Of a DNA stretch of 64,000 nt, positions 22,874-37,335 are shown piece by piece; positions within the stretch are counted from its first letter, which is position 1, and each line of letters starts with the position of its first letter. The notes under the pieces were generated by a model. It saw only the letters and a program-made list of their open reading frames with translations, made no database searches and was not told the origin of the DNA. Location: positions 48,725 to 112,724 of the forward strand of contig CDMY01000342.1 of the NCBI GenBank assembly GCA_001179505.1, given 5' to 3'. The DNA comes from Vitrella brassicaformis CCMP3155. Its lineage: Eukaryota; Protista; Chromerida. Made by a program: the position numbers and the translations under genes.

Positions 22874-24231
22874 ATGCCGGTCGTCAGACAGAGGGCGTCG
22901 AGCGGCAGAGAAACCATCAGCCCCACCAGGGGAGAGTGAGACGCCACAAAACCACAACGACGCGCCACCGCATGAAATAGATCTATATGGGGCGGTTTGC
23001 AGGGAAGGGAAGGTTTAAGGTGCTGTCGTTTTTATGGATTTTGTCATGCAACGCACCCCTCCTAGTGAAATGTCCATTTCGATGCCCATCGATTCAAGGG
23101 AGATATACGTGGCTTGTGTCCGTTCCGTGCAGTGATATATATACAGTCCGAGCAGTGTCCGTCTGTCTGTCTCTTCTTCTAAAGGGTCTGTTCCCAGCTG
23201 GGTGTGGTGTGTCCATTGATTAACAGACAGACTTGTCTGTCTGTTCTGCTAAAGAAAGAAAGAAATGTCACTTACTGTGTGCAAGAAAGACAATTGACCA
23301 TTGATTGACACTCTTGCTCAGCCTGTCAGTCATGTCACATCAAGCTTGGAGTACAGTAAGTACATGCGTCGAATCAGTTCGTATCTCTGCTTGCATTCGA
23401 TCTGTCAAGGGTACTTGTGCGTCGGAAGCTTTCCCGCCATGACATGCATGGTTGGCAATCCTGACATGGTTGGCAGCGCCTCACTTAACCCTGTCCGTGC
23501 CTGGCTTGGCCTGCTTTGCTTCCGTTGCTTTGCTTTGCTGCATGCGCTCCGTTCATTCACCATCCGGAGGAAATGTTCGTCTGCTGCACACTTGCAAGAT
23601 CGACATATGCATCTATCTCATCAGGAGTGAGTGCCGCCTTGTCAGCATGTGAAGACTGTACTGTACAGTACGTCAGCCACACACGGGGAGGAGCGAACAG
23701 ACACAAAAAGAAGGGCTTGGTTGGGGACGTACGTCTCGTGGAAAGTGTCTTGTGGATGGATCGACACAATCACACTCACATTCACATGTACATGTATGTC
23801 AACACACACCACTCATGCAGCGAAACCCACTCGTGTGGTGGACTGACACAAAAGCGTCAAAACCTAACCTGCCTATACCAAACAACAAGTACTGTACACT
23901 CGATCCTTCTTTGTTCCGTCCCTGCCTTCCCTCCCCTCCCTGTAGTATGTTCGTATGTACGGCCCTACTACTGCGACGCACGCCAGCCGACCCTCGTGTG
24001 GCTGGGCTGACTGGCGGCACGAAAAAAGCAAAGGAACCTCACCATGTCATGTCACACCATGTACACACCACCGCTCAGGCGGAGGGAGGGAGGACATGCA
24101 GCCAGCGACGTGAATAGTACGTATCAAAACTGCCGCTAGCTGCGTACACGAACGTATGTATGTATGTCTGCATGTACCACTGACCAAGAAAGGCAGATTG
24201 TCTTCATCCATCCATCCATCCATCCATTCCC

Positions 24232-27200
24232 TCATCTGTCTGGGGATATCTTCTCCTTGGCCGCGCGGTACACGAGTGCGCCGCCCCCCGGTCCCCCGCC
24301 CTCCCCCACCACGCCCATGACGGCCTTGACGGGGTGCCACTTGACCGTCGTGCCGCGCATCTTCCGACGCAACGTCCACCGCTGCAGAGTGTCGCCGCCG
24401 ACAGACGAGGATATCACCATATCTCCCTTGCTGCCGCTCCAACCTATCGACGAGTGGAAGGGATGGATGTCCGCCGACAGCACCGCATGAGACGCCGTGC
24501 TCGTGCTGCTGGGGCCGGCAGTGAGCGAGTCGGCCGTGGATGACGCGAGGGGCGGGAGCATCGATCTGGGCGAGAGCTCGCGACCGGTCAGGGAGGGGGT
24601 GGGAGGGGTCAGGTTCGGAGCAGCGGGGGGCCCTTTACTCACTGTGCCCAGTTGGTACGCACGCAGGACGGTGTTCTTCTTGCGAATGTCCCAGAGGGCC
24701 ACCGATGCACTGGTGTCGGCCGTGATGAGCTGGAAGGGCTGCCCAGGGATGCCCGCGCTCATCGTCAAAATCGCCGACCGGTGGTACAGCAGCGGGTCGC
24801 GGCCAGCACCCCTGGCCCTGCTACCGTCCGCCCTTGAGTCGATGAGTGTCACCGATCCATCAGAGTTGCCAGTGGCAATGTCGGGGTGGAAGGCCGATAG
24901 GGGCTGTGATGGCGTGAGGCTGTCGATAGGTGCGTCGGGGTCTCCCACTGGCTGATGCAGGCACGTCACGTGGGAGGAGGCAGCACCGCCATGAGGGAAG
25001 CTTCCGACACACCGGCCCTGCCGGACGTCCCACACGCGCACCAGAGGGTCGCGGCCTCCAGCCACCAGACGTCCAGATCGCTGCCGGAACGACAGTCGAA
25101 GACCCGTCTGCCGCTTCGGTGGGAGGGCCTGCCAGGTGGCCACCACAAGGGGCTTCTGGTGGTTGGCGGTGTCCGTCCAGAACCGGCATAGCCGCACGGT
25201 GCCGTCGTCGAATCCGCCAATGACTTGACAGGCGATATCGTCTTGCGGCGGGGGCAGATGGGCATGCTCGTTGACGAACGCCAGGTCGGTGAAGGACGGA
25301 TGGGCCGCACCGCAGGTCTTACAGCCGTAGGGGTGGCCGATAGCCAGGCCGCCCTGGTTCCCCCAGTCCGGGTAGCCCGGCAACTCCCCAGGACCGAACA
25401 TCGCCTGGCTGTTCATCCCGAGCTGTCTCCTGTCGCCCTTTAGCGCGTCAAACTGCTCGGCGAGTGAGTCCCGCCTGCCGTCCGGCCCCATCTGCGCCTG
25501 GGGCGGCAGACCCATTGGCGGCGGGTTGGTCCCCGCCACAGACCCATACACGGGCGGCGACCCTGTCGCCGACACGAAGCTCCCCGCCAAGGGCGACGCA
25601 GTCGCGGCCATGACGGTGTGCTGCGCACTGAAGCTGCGCGTCAGGGCGGCGGGGATGAGGGAGGGCGACCGCTGCTGCTTCATGGATTGAGGGGACCCAC
25701 TGACGGCGCGCATGTCATCGCCCAAGCGTTGGAGGATGCGCGGCGGGTAGAGCGACACATACGTCAGCAGTGAGGGGGGGCCCTGAGCCGAGGACCGAGC
25801 CAACCGGAGCGGACCGGTCTGCTGTGCTCCCGCCTGAGGCTCCAGATGCCAGGGACACCCGGAGCGGGCGGAGCCCTTGTGTGTGGCGAAGACATTGACC
25901 ACTCGGCGGCACACGGCGGGGCTGCTCGAGTAGTCAAACACCTGCAGCGTCCCCAGGGCCTGGCCGACCAGCAGCAGCGGCCTCGATGGATGGAACAGCA
26001 GACAGGTCGGGTGGTGGGTGACGCCCAGCCAATCGAGGAGTGCACCCGCGCCCACGACACCTTTGCGGGCACCGCTGACCTCCATGTCTATGCCGGGCAA
26101 GGGCACGGACGAGTGCTCCACATAATCACCACCCTGCAGTGCAATCCAAACAGAAAAGACGCTCGATCACTAGGTGCTCGTTGCTCATGCGCGAGTGTGT
26201 CGACCCGACCCTGTCCGTACGTACGTACGTACGTACCGCGGGTATCTCATCTGCGAAGCACTGCCCACACACGGCTACGCGGAAGAAGTGGACCACGGAT
26301 GACCCCGAAGACGAGCTCGACGACGACTCGCTGTCGGAGTTCTCGTGAGACGACAGCCGCTGGGAGGAGGGAAAAGATGGCGCCGGCTGCGACAGGCTGG
26401 ACGATGCACCACCACCGCTGGAATGCGGAGCTGCTGTGGGCAGGCTGATGGGCCGCACCTCAGTGACATCGATATCCCGCGAGGCCCTCAGGTCGCCGGG
26501 GAGAGGGGATACCTGACGTGGGGGCAGCGGGATGGGCGAAGGGGCAGCTGCAAACAGGCAGCCAGACAGACAGACAGACATAACGCGCGGCACATAGGGT
26601 AGATAGATACAAAAGCGATTCAGCAAAGCATCAAGTATCTCACCTGCGTGCTTTGCTGCTGGTGAGGGCATGACGACAGCTAGCGGCCGAGGCTCCAGCG
26701 GCCGTGCTTGAGGTGAAGAGGACTGCGCTCGCCTCCACTCACGGGACCCCGGGGGGCCGGGCAGGGTCTTGCTACTTTCCGCCACCCTCTCGACCTTAAG
26801 CGTTGCTGCTGATGCTGATGTCGGCTCCCGCTCCCTGGAGGCCCTCTTGATCATTGGACTGCCCCGCGGCTTCCTCGGCTGCTGGCCGAATGGCTCAGCG
26901 GGCGGTGTGGGCAGCAGGACGTACTCGCATGACGTTGGGGGGAAGAGACCCCGGCAGTAATGGGGCGTCTTGTCCCCTTTGCGCAGCCCCACCTGGTGGA
27001 ACATGCAGCTAGCGCACCGGCTGACGTGACACGGCTCGGGAACGGGCTGGAACAGCCGGGGAGGCGCAAGGTGGTGAACGGCAGGAGGTTCCCTGACGAC
27101 TGACGGCTGCTCTCCCCCGGCTGCCCTGGGCGAGGAGTCGCCCTGTGGCTGCCTCCGATGGTGGTGGTGGTGGTGATGGTGATGGCAGTGCACCCCTCTC

Positions 27201-30200
27201 CGTTGCCCGCTCTTGGGGGACTTTTCGTCGTCGGCAGTGGCGGCAAGGTGATGTGAGCTGCAGGGCGGTGGCGAGCCATAGATCTTGAACAGCGGATGCG
27301 AGAACGTCCGCGGCCTTAGCAGCAGCGCAATCGTCCACTGGAAGACCTGGGACGCAGGCAGCGTGCAGTTGCCGTCCTCGTCAAGCCCCATCCCGTCGGC
27401 AACGGCCTCATCCATCCGGGCCTGAGGCCCACCACCACTCTCGAAGTCTCCCTCGGACTGGCTGTTGCGACGCAGCAGGGGAGCAGTTGGACGGGACGTC
27501 AGCCGGGGCGGCCCCGCCCCCCTCCCCATACCCCCGCCGATGGTCTGCTGTGGCACCAGGAGTCGGGCGCTCGACGGCCGCGGGAGGGCGCACCTCTGCC
27601 CTCCCTCAGACCCAGCCACCGGTGATCGGTCGATGGTGAAGGTGGTGGGGTCGAGTGAGAGGGATGCCGACCTGTCGATGTGGCTCCACCCCAGGGATGA
27701 GGGCTGGTCGTGCAGAGGGGTGGTGGTCGCGACCCGCATGTGCTTGGGCAGCATCATGCTCTGGAGGGACTTGAGGAAGGTGGAGAAGCCGCCCGAGGGC
27801 TTGGCGGCCTTCTTGCTGTCGCTCTTGGGGGTGTTGCCCTCAGACTCCGTAGACTCCCCCTCCTCGGCAATCCCAACCGCACCCATGAATGAGTGCCGCT
27901 GCGCCCGGTGCACGCCCCCAACTCGCCCGGCAGCCACACAACCACTACTCGCCAGCGCCCCTGCCGAATGCGTGTGGAAAGTACTGCGATGGTGGGGCAT
28001 GTGATGGCGACAGCCGAAGCACCAGTCCTTTGCAGACGCACTCAGGGGCGGCAGAACAGCCTCATCAATCCCCTCCAGAGTCTCCGCGACACGAGGGGGG
28101 AGTCGCGAGCTGAGTGGAGGGGTCCTCTGCATGGGCGGTGCTGCGGTGGGTGACGGGAACTCTGGCGAGAGGGCTCTTGCGTAATTGCTGGGCTCTGACT
28201 CGTCGCTGTCGGCATCCTCTGCTCCCGGCTGGGCCGCCATCCTCTGGAGCGCCTCAGCGGCCTGCTCCTGCTTCTGCCGGGCGATGACCATCTGTGCGGC
28301 CACGACGCTCCTGCGGCACATGTGGGAGATGAGGGTGGAGCCGTCACGCCACAGCAGCACCATGACCCGGGAGCGAAGCGAGTAGGGGACGGATGTGTGG
28401 GTGGGCGACGCCATGGGGCCGACAGGGGGCGTATCCGCGTCCGTCACGATCGCAGGCGGACCGGCTGACAGCACAGAGCTGTGAGACGTGGCGACAGACG
28501 ACGCGGCCGAGACGGTCTCATCAGAGCCTCCACTCTTGCCCGCAGCCGTCGTCACGCTGTCGGTGAGCGGGCCCACCGCTCCTGGCCTCACCAATGCACG
28601 TGGTGTTCTCAGTGCCGTGCTGTGCGCCTCGCACCATGACTCCCACATGATGGGAGCCAGCGCACACACCAGTTCGTGCTTGACCAAGAGGCTGCTCTCG
28701 CGCAGGATGTCGTTCTCAGGAGAAGACACAAACGTCGTTGCCGCGTCGTCCCGGCCGGCGTCCAGGCCGAANNNNNNNNNNNNNNNNNNNNNNNNNNNNN
28801 NNNNNNNNNNNNNNNNNNNNNNNNNNNNNNNNNNNNNNNNNNNNNNNNNNNNNNNNNNNNNNNNNNNNNNNNNNNNNNNNNNNNNNNNNNNNNNNNNNNN
28901 NNNNNNNNNNNNNNNNNNNNNNNNNNNNNNNNNNNNNNNNNNNNNNNNNNNNNNNNNNNNNNNNNNNNNNNNNNNNNNNNNNNNNNNNNNNNNNNNNNNN
29001 NNNNNNNNNNNNNNNNNNNNNNNNNNNNNNNNNNNNNNNNNNNNNNNNNNNNNNNNNNNNNNNNNNNNNNNGATGGCAGTGCACCCCTCTCCGTTGCCCG
29101 CTCTTGGGGGACTTTTCGTCGTCGGCAGTGGCGGCAAGGTGATGTGAGCTGCAGGGCGGTGGCGAGCCATAGATCTTGAACAGCGGATGCGAGAACGTCC
29201 GCGGCCTTAGCAGCAGCGCAATCGTCCACTGGAAGACCTGGGACGCAGGCAGCGTGCAGTTGCCGTCCTCGTCAAGCCCCATCCCGTCGGCAACGGCCTC
29301 ATCCATCCGGGCCTGAGGCCCACCACCACTCTCGAAGTCTCCCTCGGACTGGCTGTTGCGACGCAGCAGGGGAGCAGTTGGACGGGACGTCAGCCGGGGC
29401 GGCCCCGCCCCCCTCCCCATACCCCCGCCGATGGTCTGCTGTGGCACCAGGAGTCGGGCGCTCGACGGCCGCGGGAGGGCGCACCTCTGCCCTCCCTCAG
29501 ACCCAGCCACCGGTGATCGGTCGATGGTGAAGGTGGTGGGGTCGAGTGAGAGGGATGCCGACCTGTCGATGTGGCTCCACCCCAGGGATGAGGGCTGGTC
29601 GTGCAGAGGGGTGGTGGTCGCGACCCGCATGTGCTTGGGCAGCATCATGCTCTGGAGGGACTTGAGGAAGGTGGAGAAGCCGCCCGAGGGCTTGGCGGCC
29701 TTCTTGCTGTCGCTCTTGGGGGTGTTGCCCTCAGACTCCGTAGACTCGCCCTCCTCGGCAATCCCAACCGCACCCATGAACGAGTGCCGCTGCGCCCGGT
29801 GCACGCCCCCAACTCGCCCGCTCACACAACCACTACTCGCCAGCTGCCCTGCCCTGCCGGTTGCGCGTTGAAGGTACTGCGATGGTGGGGCATGTGATGG
29901 CGACAGCCGAAGCACCAGTCCTTTGCAGACGCACTTAGGGGCGGCAGAATGGCCTCATCAATCCCCTCCAGAGTCTCCGCAACACGAGGGGGGAGTCGCG
30001 AGCTGAGTGGAGGGGTCCTCTGCATGGGCGGTGCTGCGGTGGGTGACGGGAACTCTGGCGAGAGGGCCCTGGCGTAATTGCTGGGCTCTGACTCGTCGCT
30101 GTCGGCATCCTCTGCTCCCGGCTGGGCCGCCATCCTCTGGAGCGCCTCAGCGGCCTGCTCCTGCTTCTGCCGGGCGATGACCATCTGTGCGGCCACCACG

Positions 30201-33200
30201 CTCCTGCGGCACATGTGGGAGATGAGGGTGGAGCCGTCACGCCACAGCAGCACCATGACCCGGGAGCGAAGCGAGTAGGGGACGGATGTGTGGGTGGGCG
30301 ACGCCATGGGGCCCACAGGGGGCGTATCCGCGTCCGTCAGGATCGCAGGCGGACCGGCTGACAGCACAGAGCTGTGAGACGTGGCGACGGACGACGCGGC
30401 CGAGACGGTCTCATCAGAGCCTCCACTCTTGCCCGCAGCCGTCGTCACGCTCTCGGTGAGCGGGCCCACCGCTCCTGGCCTGACCAATGCACGTGGTGTC
30501 CTCAGTGCCGTGCTGTGCGCCTCGCACCATGACTCCCACATGATGGGAGCCAGCGCACACACCAGTTCGTGCTTGACCAAGAGGCTGCTCTCGCGCAGGA
30601 TGTCGTTCTCAGGAGAAGACGCAAACGTCGTTGCCGCGTTGTCCCGGCCGGCGTCCAGGCCGAAATATGGTGACGGCGGTGGCGAGCCGATACCCGAGCA
30701 GAGGAAGTGTCCGCACATGCGCTCCACCAGCTCTTCTCGCCACCTCAGCGCAGCCGCCATGTCCCTCGCGTGGCTGTCAGCGTCCACCACTGCAGCCCCG
30801 AACGTCTGGCCCGCTATCGAGTGGGACCGGGTCTCCATCGGGCTCAGCGTCGGCGTGTCCCCGCCGTCCGCCCCCACCCACTCGCTGGAGACGGTGCGGC
30901 CACCGGGAGCGGGCGACATGAGACGAAGAGGGGGGGCCTTTTCCAGCCGTACTCCCAGCAGCGTCATGCTCTTGAGACTGGGGTTGTCCTGCAGGAAGTC
31001 ACCCGTGCCGCTCCTCGCTCGGCCCATCCCCGCTCCTGGCCCTGCTGACGGCCCCTGGCCACCGCTCAGACCCACGGGAGGCTGATTGTGGTCACTGCGG
31101 GACCGAGCGAACGCCGCACTGCTTCCTCCTCCTGACCCCTGCCGTCGCAAACTGTCGCTGCTATCGGGTGGCATCAGCTGGTTGCCGTGGCCGCCGCGCT
31201 GGTTGGCCATGGGAGTGGACAGGGGCGTCTGCTGACCCGTCGTGATGCTGTCTCCTGATGAGCTGTTCCGCATCACTGGAGGGCGGCCAGAGATGGCCCG
31301 CATCACTTGTTGGGGCGCAGCGGATGCGCGCAGGCCGGGAGGGGTCTGCAGCACGGCTGAGGGTACATGTAGCGCCGTCGCGTCCTTGAGTGAGGGGAGG
31401 CTCACCGCTGAAAAGGGCGGGCTGCTGGTGGCTGCCATGGCGCCGCTGGCCGGTGGCTGCTGGGGGCCCACCCGATACTGCCCACCAGTGCATTTCTGAC
31501 GTCCATGGCGCTCTCCTGCATCTCCTTCTCGCACTGGTACAGGTACTGTGGGTCCAGGAGGGAATACAGCAGGCTGTCCACCGCGCACACAAAGCATGCC
31601 CGCACCTCTGGCCGGTGGTCGTCGAGCCCCTCGAGCAGCCTGGTGTGCCACCCACTGGCCAAGACGCGCTCCTGCGCCTCCGGGAAGTTGCGGCACGTTT
31701 CGGCCATGGCGAGGGCAGAGGACCGACGGAGGAAGGCCAGCGGGTCGGCACGGTGGGAGAGCACTGCTGTGCATGCCTGCAGACCTCCCTCGTTGACCAC
31801 CACCAGCTGCGCGCCGCGAGCCGTCGGCACGTCGTCATCGCTCTCCGGGAGAGGATACTGTCAGTCACACAACAAAAAGAGGCCGACAGGGAGTATGAAA
31901 TGTCGTTGATGACCATTGTCCCTCCGTCTGTCTGTGTGTGAGCTTTTTTACGTCTCTGCAGAGGACAGCGATGCAGATGCATGCGAATGCCCTGTGTACG
32001 GGTGAGCGTCCCTCTGCGATGTAGTTGACGAAGTGCCGGTGCAGCCCCGCCTGCAGCACCTCCTTGCGGCAGCTGGGGTCGTAGGCCAGGAACTTTGACC
32101 ACAACAATATGATCAACTCACGCACCTGACAAACCAACCAGCCAGCCAGCCAGCCAGCAGGAGCATGAAGGCATCGCCTCTGATCTGAATGATGAATGTG
32201 TGTTGGTTGGTGTGCCTGTCTGTGGTTTAGGCGTACGTACGTCTGTGGGGACGGCCGGCCTTGACAGCAGTTGCGTGAGGTACGGCACCAGCCCGACGAT
32301 GAGTGCGCATCTGACCGCCCAAGGCCCCATGTCTTCTATGTCCGTCATCAGCCGCAGCGTCTCGGCGCGACCACGCTGACGCAGCAAACTCTGCGACACA
32401 CGTTCACACACAGCACATATGATGCAGTCAGTGTTAGTCTATCTGTCTCTCTAAGGACACGCACTTGCAGAAGAATCGGCAGCTGTTCTGGCGGCCTCGG
32501 CGGAGGCGCCAGCAGCTGGTGAGCAAACGCACTCTCCGCCAGCCCACCCATGTCGCCCGGCTGTTGGTCACTGACGGACGGCCGTCGCATCGGTGTGAGG
32601 CCTGCCGCCGATGCCGCCACCGGCTGGTTGATCATGTGCTGTGAGAAGGGGGGCAAGTGGTGGTGGGGTGTGGTCGTGTCGTCCCCGTCGCTGCCCCGCA
32701 GCCACACAGAGAAGGCCAGCATCTGCTGCTCGTAGAAGGCACTCGGACGATAGTTGGCCTGCAGCCAGCAACACCAACGGCAACCCCTGTCTGTCCCTGT
32801 CTACCGATGTGTGTTGTGTACCGACCCAACCAACGATGGATCGTGTGCCACCTGGCCGACCTCACCTCTGCAGTTTCCGGGTGTTGCATGAGCGTGGGCA
32901 GCTGGAGCACAACGTGCTCGGCAACAGCGTCCCACACATCCCAGAGGGGGTGCAGGTGTGTCAGGCAGCACTGGCCGCGACACGGGGGTCAGCCCGAGGG
33001 ACCTCAGGATGCGGTTGGCCACGAGGAAGTTGCGGAACGGTGTCAATTGAACAGTGTCGCGATGCAGCTGCTNNNNNNNNNNNNNNNNNNNNNNNNNNNN
33101 NNNNNNNNNNNNNNNNNNNNNNNNNNNNNNNNNNNNNNNNNNNNNNNNNNNNNNNNNNNNNNNNNNNNNNNNNNNNNNNNNNNNNNNNNNNNNNNNNNNN

Positions 33201-36200
33201 NNNNNNNNNNNNNNNNNNNNNNNNNNNNNNNNNNNNNNNNNNNNNNNNNNNNNNNNNNNNNNNNNNNNNNNNNNNNNNNNNNNNNNNNNNNNNNNNNNNN
33301 NNNNNNNNNNNNNNNNNNNNNNNNNNNNNNNNNNNNNNNNNNNNNNNNNNNNNNNNNNNNNNNNNNNNNNNNGCACATGCGCTCCACCAGCTCCTCTCGC
33401 CACCTCAGCGCAGCCGCCATGTCCCTCGCGTGGCTGTCAGCATCCACCACTGCACTCCCGAACGTCTGACCCGCTATCGAGTGGGACCGGGTCTCCATCG
33501 GGCTCAGCGTCGGCGTATCCCCGCCGTCCGCCCCCACCCACTCGCTGGAGACGGTGCGGCCACCGGGAGCGGGCGACATGAGACGAAGAGGGGGTGCCTT
33601 CTCCAGCCGTACACCCAGCAGCGTCATGCTCTTGAGACTGGGGTTGTCCTGCAGGAAGTCACCCGTGCCGCTCCTCGCTCGGCCCATCCCCGCTCCTGGC
33701 CCTGCTGACGGCCCCTGGCCACCGCTCAGACCCACGGGAGGCTGATTGTGGTCACTGCGGGACCGAGCGAACGCCGCAGTGCTTCCTCCTGACCCCTGCC
33801 GTCGCAGACTGTCGCTGCTATCGGGTGGCATCAGCTGGTTGCCGTGGCCGCCGCGCTGGTTGGCCATGGGAGTGGACAGGGGCGTCTGCTGACCCGTCGT
33901 CGTGCTGTCTCCTGATGAGCTGTTGCGCATCACTGGAGGGCGGCCAGAGATGGCCCGCATCACTTGTTGGGGCGCAGCGGATGCGCGCAGGCCGGGAGGG
34001 GTCTGCAGCACGGCCGAGGGTAGCGCCGTCGCATCCTTGGGTGAGGGGATGCTCACCGCTGAAAAGGGCGGGCTGCCGGTGGCTGCCATGGCGCCGCTGG
34101 CTGGTGGCTGCTGGGGCAGGCCCGGGGCCCACCCGATACTGCCCACCGGTGCATTTCTAACGTCCATGGCGCTCTCCTGCATCTCCCTCTCGCACTGGTA
34201 CTGGTACTGTGGGTCGAGGAGGGGATACAGCAGGCTGGCCACCGCACAAACAAAGCACGCCCGCACCTCTGGCCGGTGGTCGTCGAGCCCCTCGAGCAGC
34301 CTGGTGTGCCACCCACTGGCCAAGACGCGCTCTTGCGCTTCCGGGAAGTTGCGGCACATTTCTGCCATGGCGAGGGCGGCAGACCGACGGAGGAAGGCCA
34401 GCGGGTCGGCACGGTGGGAGAGCACTGCTGCGCATGCCTGCAGACCGCCCTCGTTGACCACCACCAGCTGCGCGCCGCGGGCCGTCGGCACGTCGTCATC
34501 GCTCTCCGGGAGAGGATACTGTCAGTCACACAACAAAAAAAGGCCGACAGGGAGGATGAAATGTCGTTGATGGCCATTGTCCCTCCGTCTGTCTGTGAGC
34601 TGTTTTACGTCTCTGCAGAGGATAGCGATGCAGATGCATGCGAATGCCCTGTGTACGGGTGAGCGTCCCTCTGCGATGTAGTTGATGAAGTGCCGGTGCA
34701 GCCCCGCCTGCAGCACCTCCTTGCGGCAGCTGGGGTCGTACGCCAGGAACTTTGACCACAACAATATGATCAACTCACGCACCTGACAAACAAACAAACC
34801 AGCCAGCCAGCAGGAGCATGAAGGCATCACCTCTGATCTGAATGATGAATGTGTGTTGGTTGGTGTGCCTGTCTGTCTGACTGTCGTTTAGGCGTACGTC
34901 TGTGGGCACGGCCGGCCTTGACAGCAGCTGAGTTAGGTACGGCACCAGCCCGACGATGAGTGCGCATCTGACAGCCCAAGGCCCCATGTCAAGATACACC
35001 GTCATCAGCCGCAGCGTCTCGGCGCGACCACGCTGACGCAGCAAACTCTGCGACACACATTACATTCACACACAGCACATATGATGCAGTCAGTGTTAGT
35101 CTATCTGTCTCTCTAACGACACGCACTTGCAGGAGAATCGGCAGCTGTTCTGGCGGCCTCGGCGGAGGCGCCAGCAGCTGGTGAGCAAACGCACTCTCCG
35201 CCAGCCCACCCATGTCGAATCCCGGCTGTTGGTCACTGACGGACGGCCGTCGCATCGGTGTGAGGCCTGCCGCCGATGCCGCCACCGGCTGGTTGATCAT
35301 GTGCTGTGAGAAGGGGGGCAAGTGGTGGTGGGGTGTGGTCGTGTCGTCCCGGTCGCTGCCCCGCAGCCACACAGAGAAGGCCAGCATCTGCTGCTCGTAG
35401 AAGGCACTCGGACGATAGTTGGCCTGCAGCCAGCAACACCAACGGCAACCCCTGTCTGTCCCTGTCTACCAATGTGTGTTGTGTACCGACCCAACCAACG
35501 TTGGATCGTGTGCAACCTGGCCGCCCTCACCTCTGCAGTTTCCGGGTGCTGCATCAGTGTCGGCAGCTGGAGCACAACGTGCTCGGCAACAGCGTCCCAC
35601 ACATCCCAGAGGGGGTGCAGGTGTGTGTCAGGCAGCACTGGCCGCGACACGGGGGTCAGCCCAAGGGACCTCAGGATGCGGTTGGCCACGAGGAAGTTGC
35701 GGAACAGGGTCGCGATGGCGGGATCGGTGCGATGCAGCTGCTGGAACAGAGCCAGGTCAAATGTGTTCCACGCGATGGCCTCAGTTATCGACGTCAGGAT
35801 CCACTGCAACTCGCCCAGAGGGGTGTTGCGCTGATCTATGCGGCCCTGCACACACACACAGAGAGAGACACACACACATATAGAGAGAGGGGTGGTTGAG
35901 TGTCTGCAGACGTGCACCGTGGGTGTGTGTTGGGCGTCACATACGGGTATGTCATCGAGCAGTTTCGCGTCGATGTGTGAGGTGAGTCGGTTGCCCTTGG
36001 CGGCATAAAACGCCAGGGCGGCCCGCACAGGCGACGTCATGCACGAGGTGAAGTAGTCCACGGGGAATGGAGTCCGCTCGTGGACCGTCAGCCGCTGGTC
36101 AGACCCACACGCACCGAAGGCATAGTAACTGCCCTCTTCCACAGGAGACGTCCTCGTGGCTGCAAGCGGTGTGCCGCCAGTGGATGACATGTCCCCACCT

Positions 36201-37335
36201 CCAACCAGGAGCCCATCAGCAGAGGGTCGGCGGATCCTCCCGCCCCACAGGGTGGACCCTGGTGCTGCCGTCGGAGTGACGAGAATCGCCTGAGGGCCGT
36301 GGCACTGGTCCAGCGCCTCGATGACGCGCCCCGCGTAGTGGCAGTCCAGCAGGTAGACGTTCTGGATGGCTGTGAGAGGGATGTTGATGTTGACGCTCAG
36401 TGGGGAGATGGCTCCTAGCAGTCCAGGCATGCCGTGTGCCGCCGGATGAAGTCGAGCAGCAGGCCGTCGATAAGCTGGATGTCGGGGTGCTCCTGAGAGG
36501 GGCTGGGGGGGCTTCTTCTCGTCATCCTCTCCCTTCTCATGGGATTTGTTGTCCTTGGTCGTGCTGTCCTCCTCTTTCTCGCTACCTGTGGTGGTGTCGT
36601 GTTGGTTGAGGTCCGACAGCTTCCCAGACAAGCCGCCTGACGATGACGAGCACTTCAGGATGCCCTGTGCGAGAAGGGCGATCCGGGCGGTGTGCGTCTC
36701 TGAAGCTGTGTGAGTGCGGATGAGGTGAGGTGGAGCTTCTCCGTCAGCCGCAGGCGGTAGAAGGCCTCGATGACCCCCTCCCACTTGCCCCCCTTGGCCT
36801 TGCTGTCGATGGCCTCCACACACTCGTCGAATTTGCCGCCCTGCCCCTTCAGGCCCGGCGTGGGTGATGATGGTCGGGATGACGGGTTGAGATGGTGATG
36901 ATGACGCGGTGCCGTTGGTGGCGTGACTGTCGCTTCTGGTTGAGGCTCGGCGAGTTCGAAGGCAAGGAGGAGCCCCTCTCCGTCTCCCTCTCACTCTCCC
37001 TCTCACTCTCTCTGTCCCTCTCTCTGACAGTGTCCCTCTCCCCCCCCTCCCTTGCGCTCCACCATGGTCTCCTGTGTGCCTCCGTTGTCTTTGCCCTGCT
37101 GCTGATGTTGCTGTGATGGCTTGACCGAGTTGGCGAGGGATGTGTGTTGCGATGGCGGGTTGCGGTCCTTCTTCTTGTGCTGCTTCCGCTGAGACTGAGA
37201 CGAACGGGTCGCCTGCGTGTGCCCCTGTTGCTGCTCCCCCGGCCGTACTGAGAAGAAGCAGAGGCGACGACCTGCGATGTCATGACGGGGTGGTGGCTTG
37301 CGATGGGGGAAAGTGGCGGCAGGGACGGCGGTCAC
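24232..37335 (-). CDS. RPTOR: Raptor/KOG1 (TORC1 scaffold); intact parts ~37000-33373 and 28771-24232; 5' end unresolved
   Basis: RNC-domain motifs PVDYFTSCMTSPVRAAL, GRIDQRNTPLGELQWILTSITEAIAWN, ATLFRNFLVANRI, HPLWDVWD, YEQQMLAFSVWL, PPEQLPILLQV, YLDMGPWAVRCALIVGLVPYLTQLL, followed by HEAT repeats and a C-terminal WD40 (GGFDDGTVRL, GGRDPLVRVWD). Confidence 0.92.
28772..29071. other. Assembly gap (300 N)
   Basis: Run of N. All three gaps are exactly 300, so they are placeholders of unknown size. Confidence 1.
29072..33072 (-). pseudogene. Decayed 4-kb internal duplicate of Raptor between two gaps
   Basis: Matches ~33373-35750 and ~27180-28771. It carries a 2-nt deletion in LPDTHLHP (~32955), a 10-nt deletion at ~31465, a frameshift at ~29830-29880 and VYLDMGPW changed to DIEDMGPW. 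Confidence 0.85.
33073..33372. other. Assembly gap (300 N)
   Basis: Run of N. Confidence 1.
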
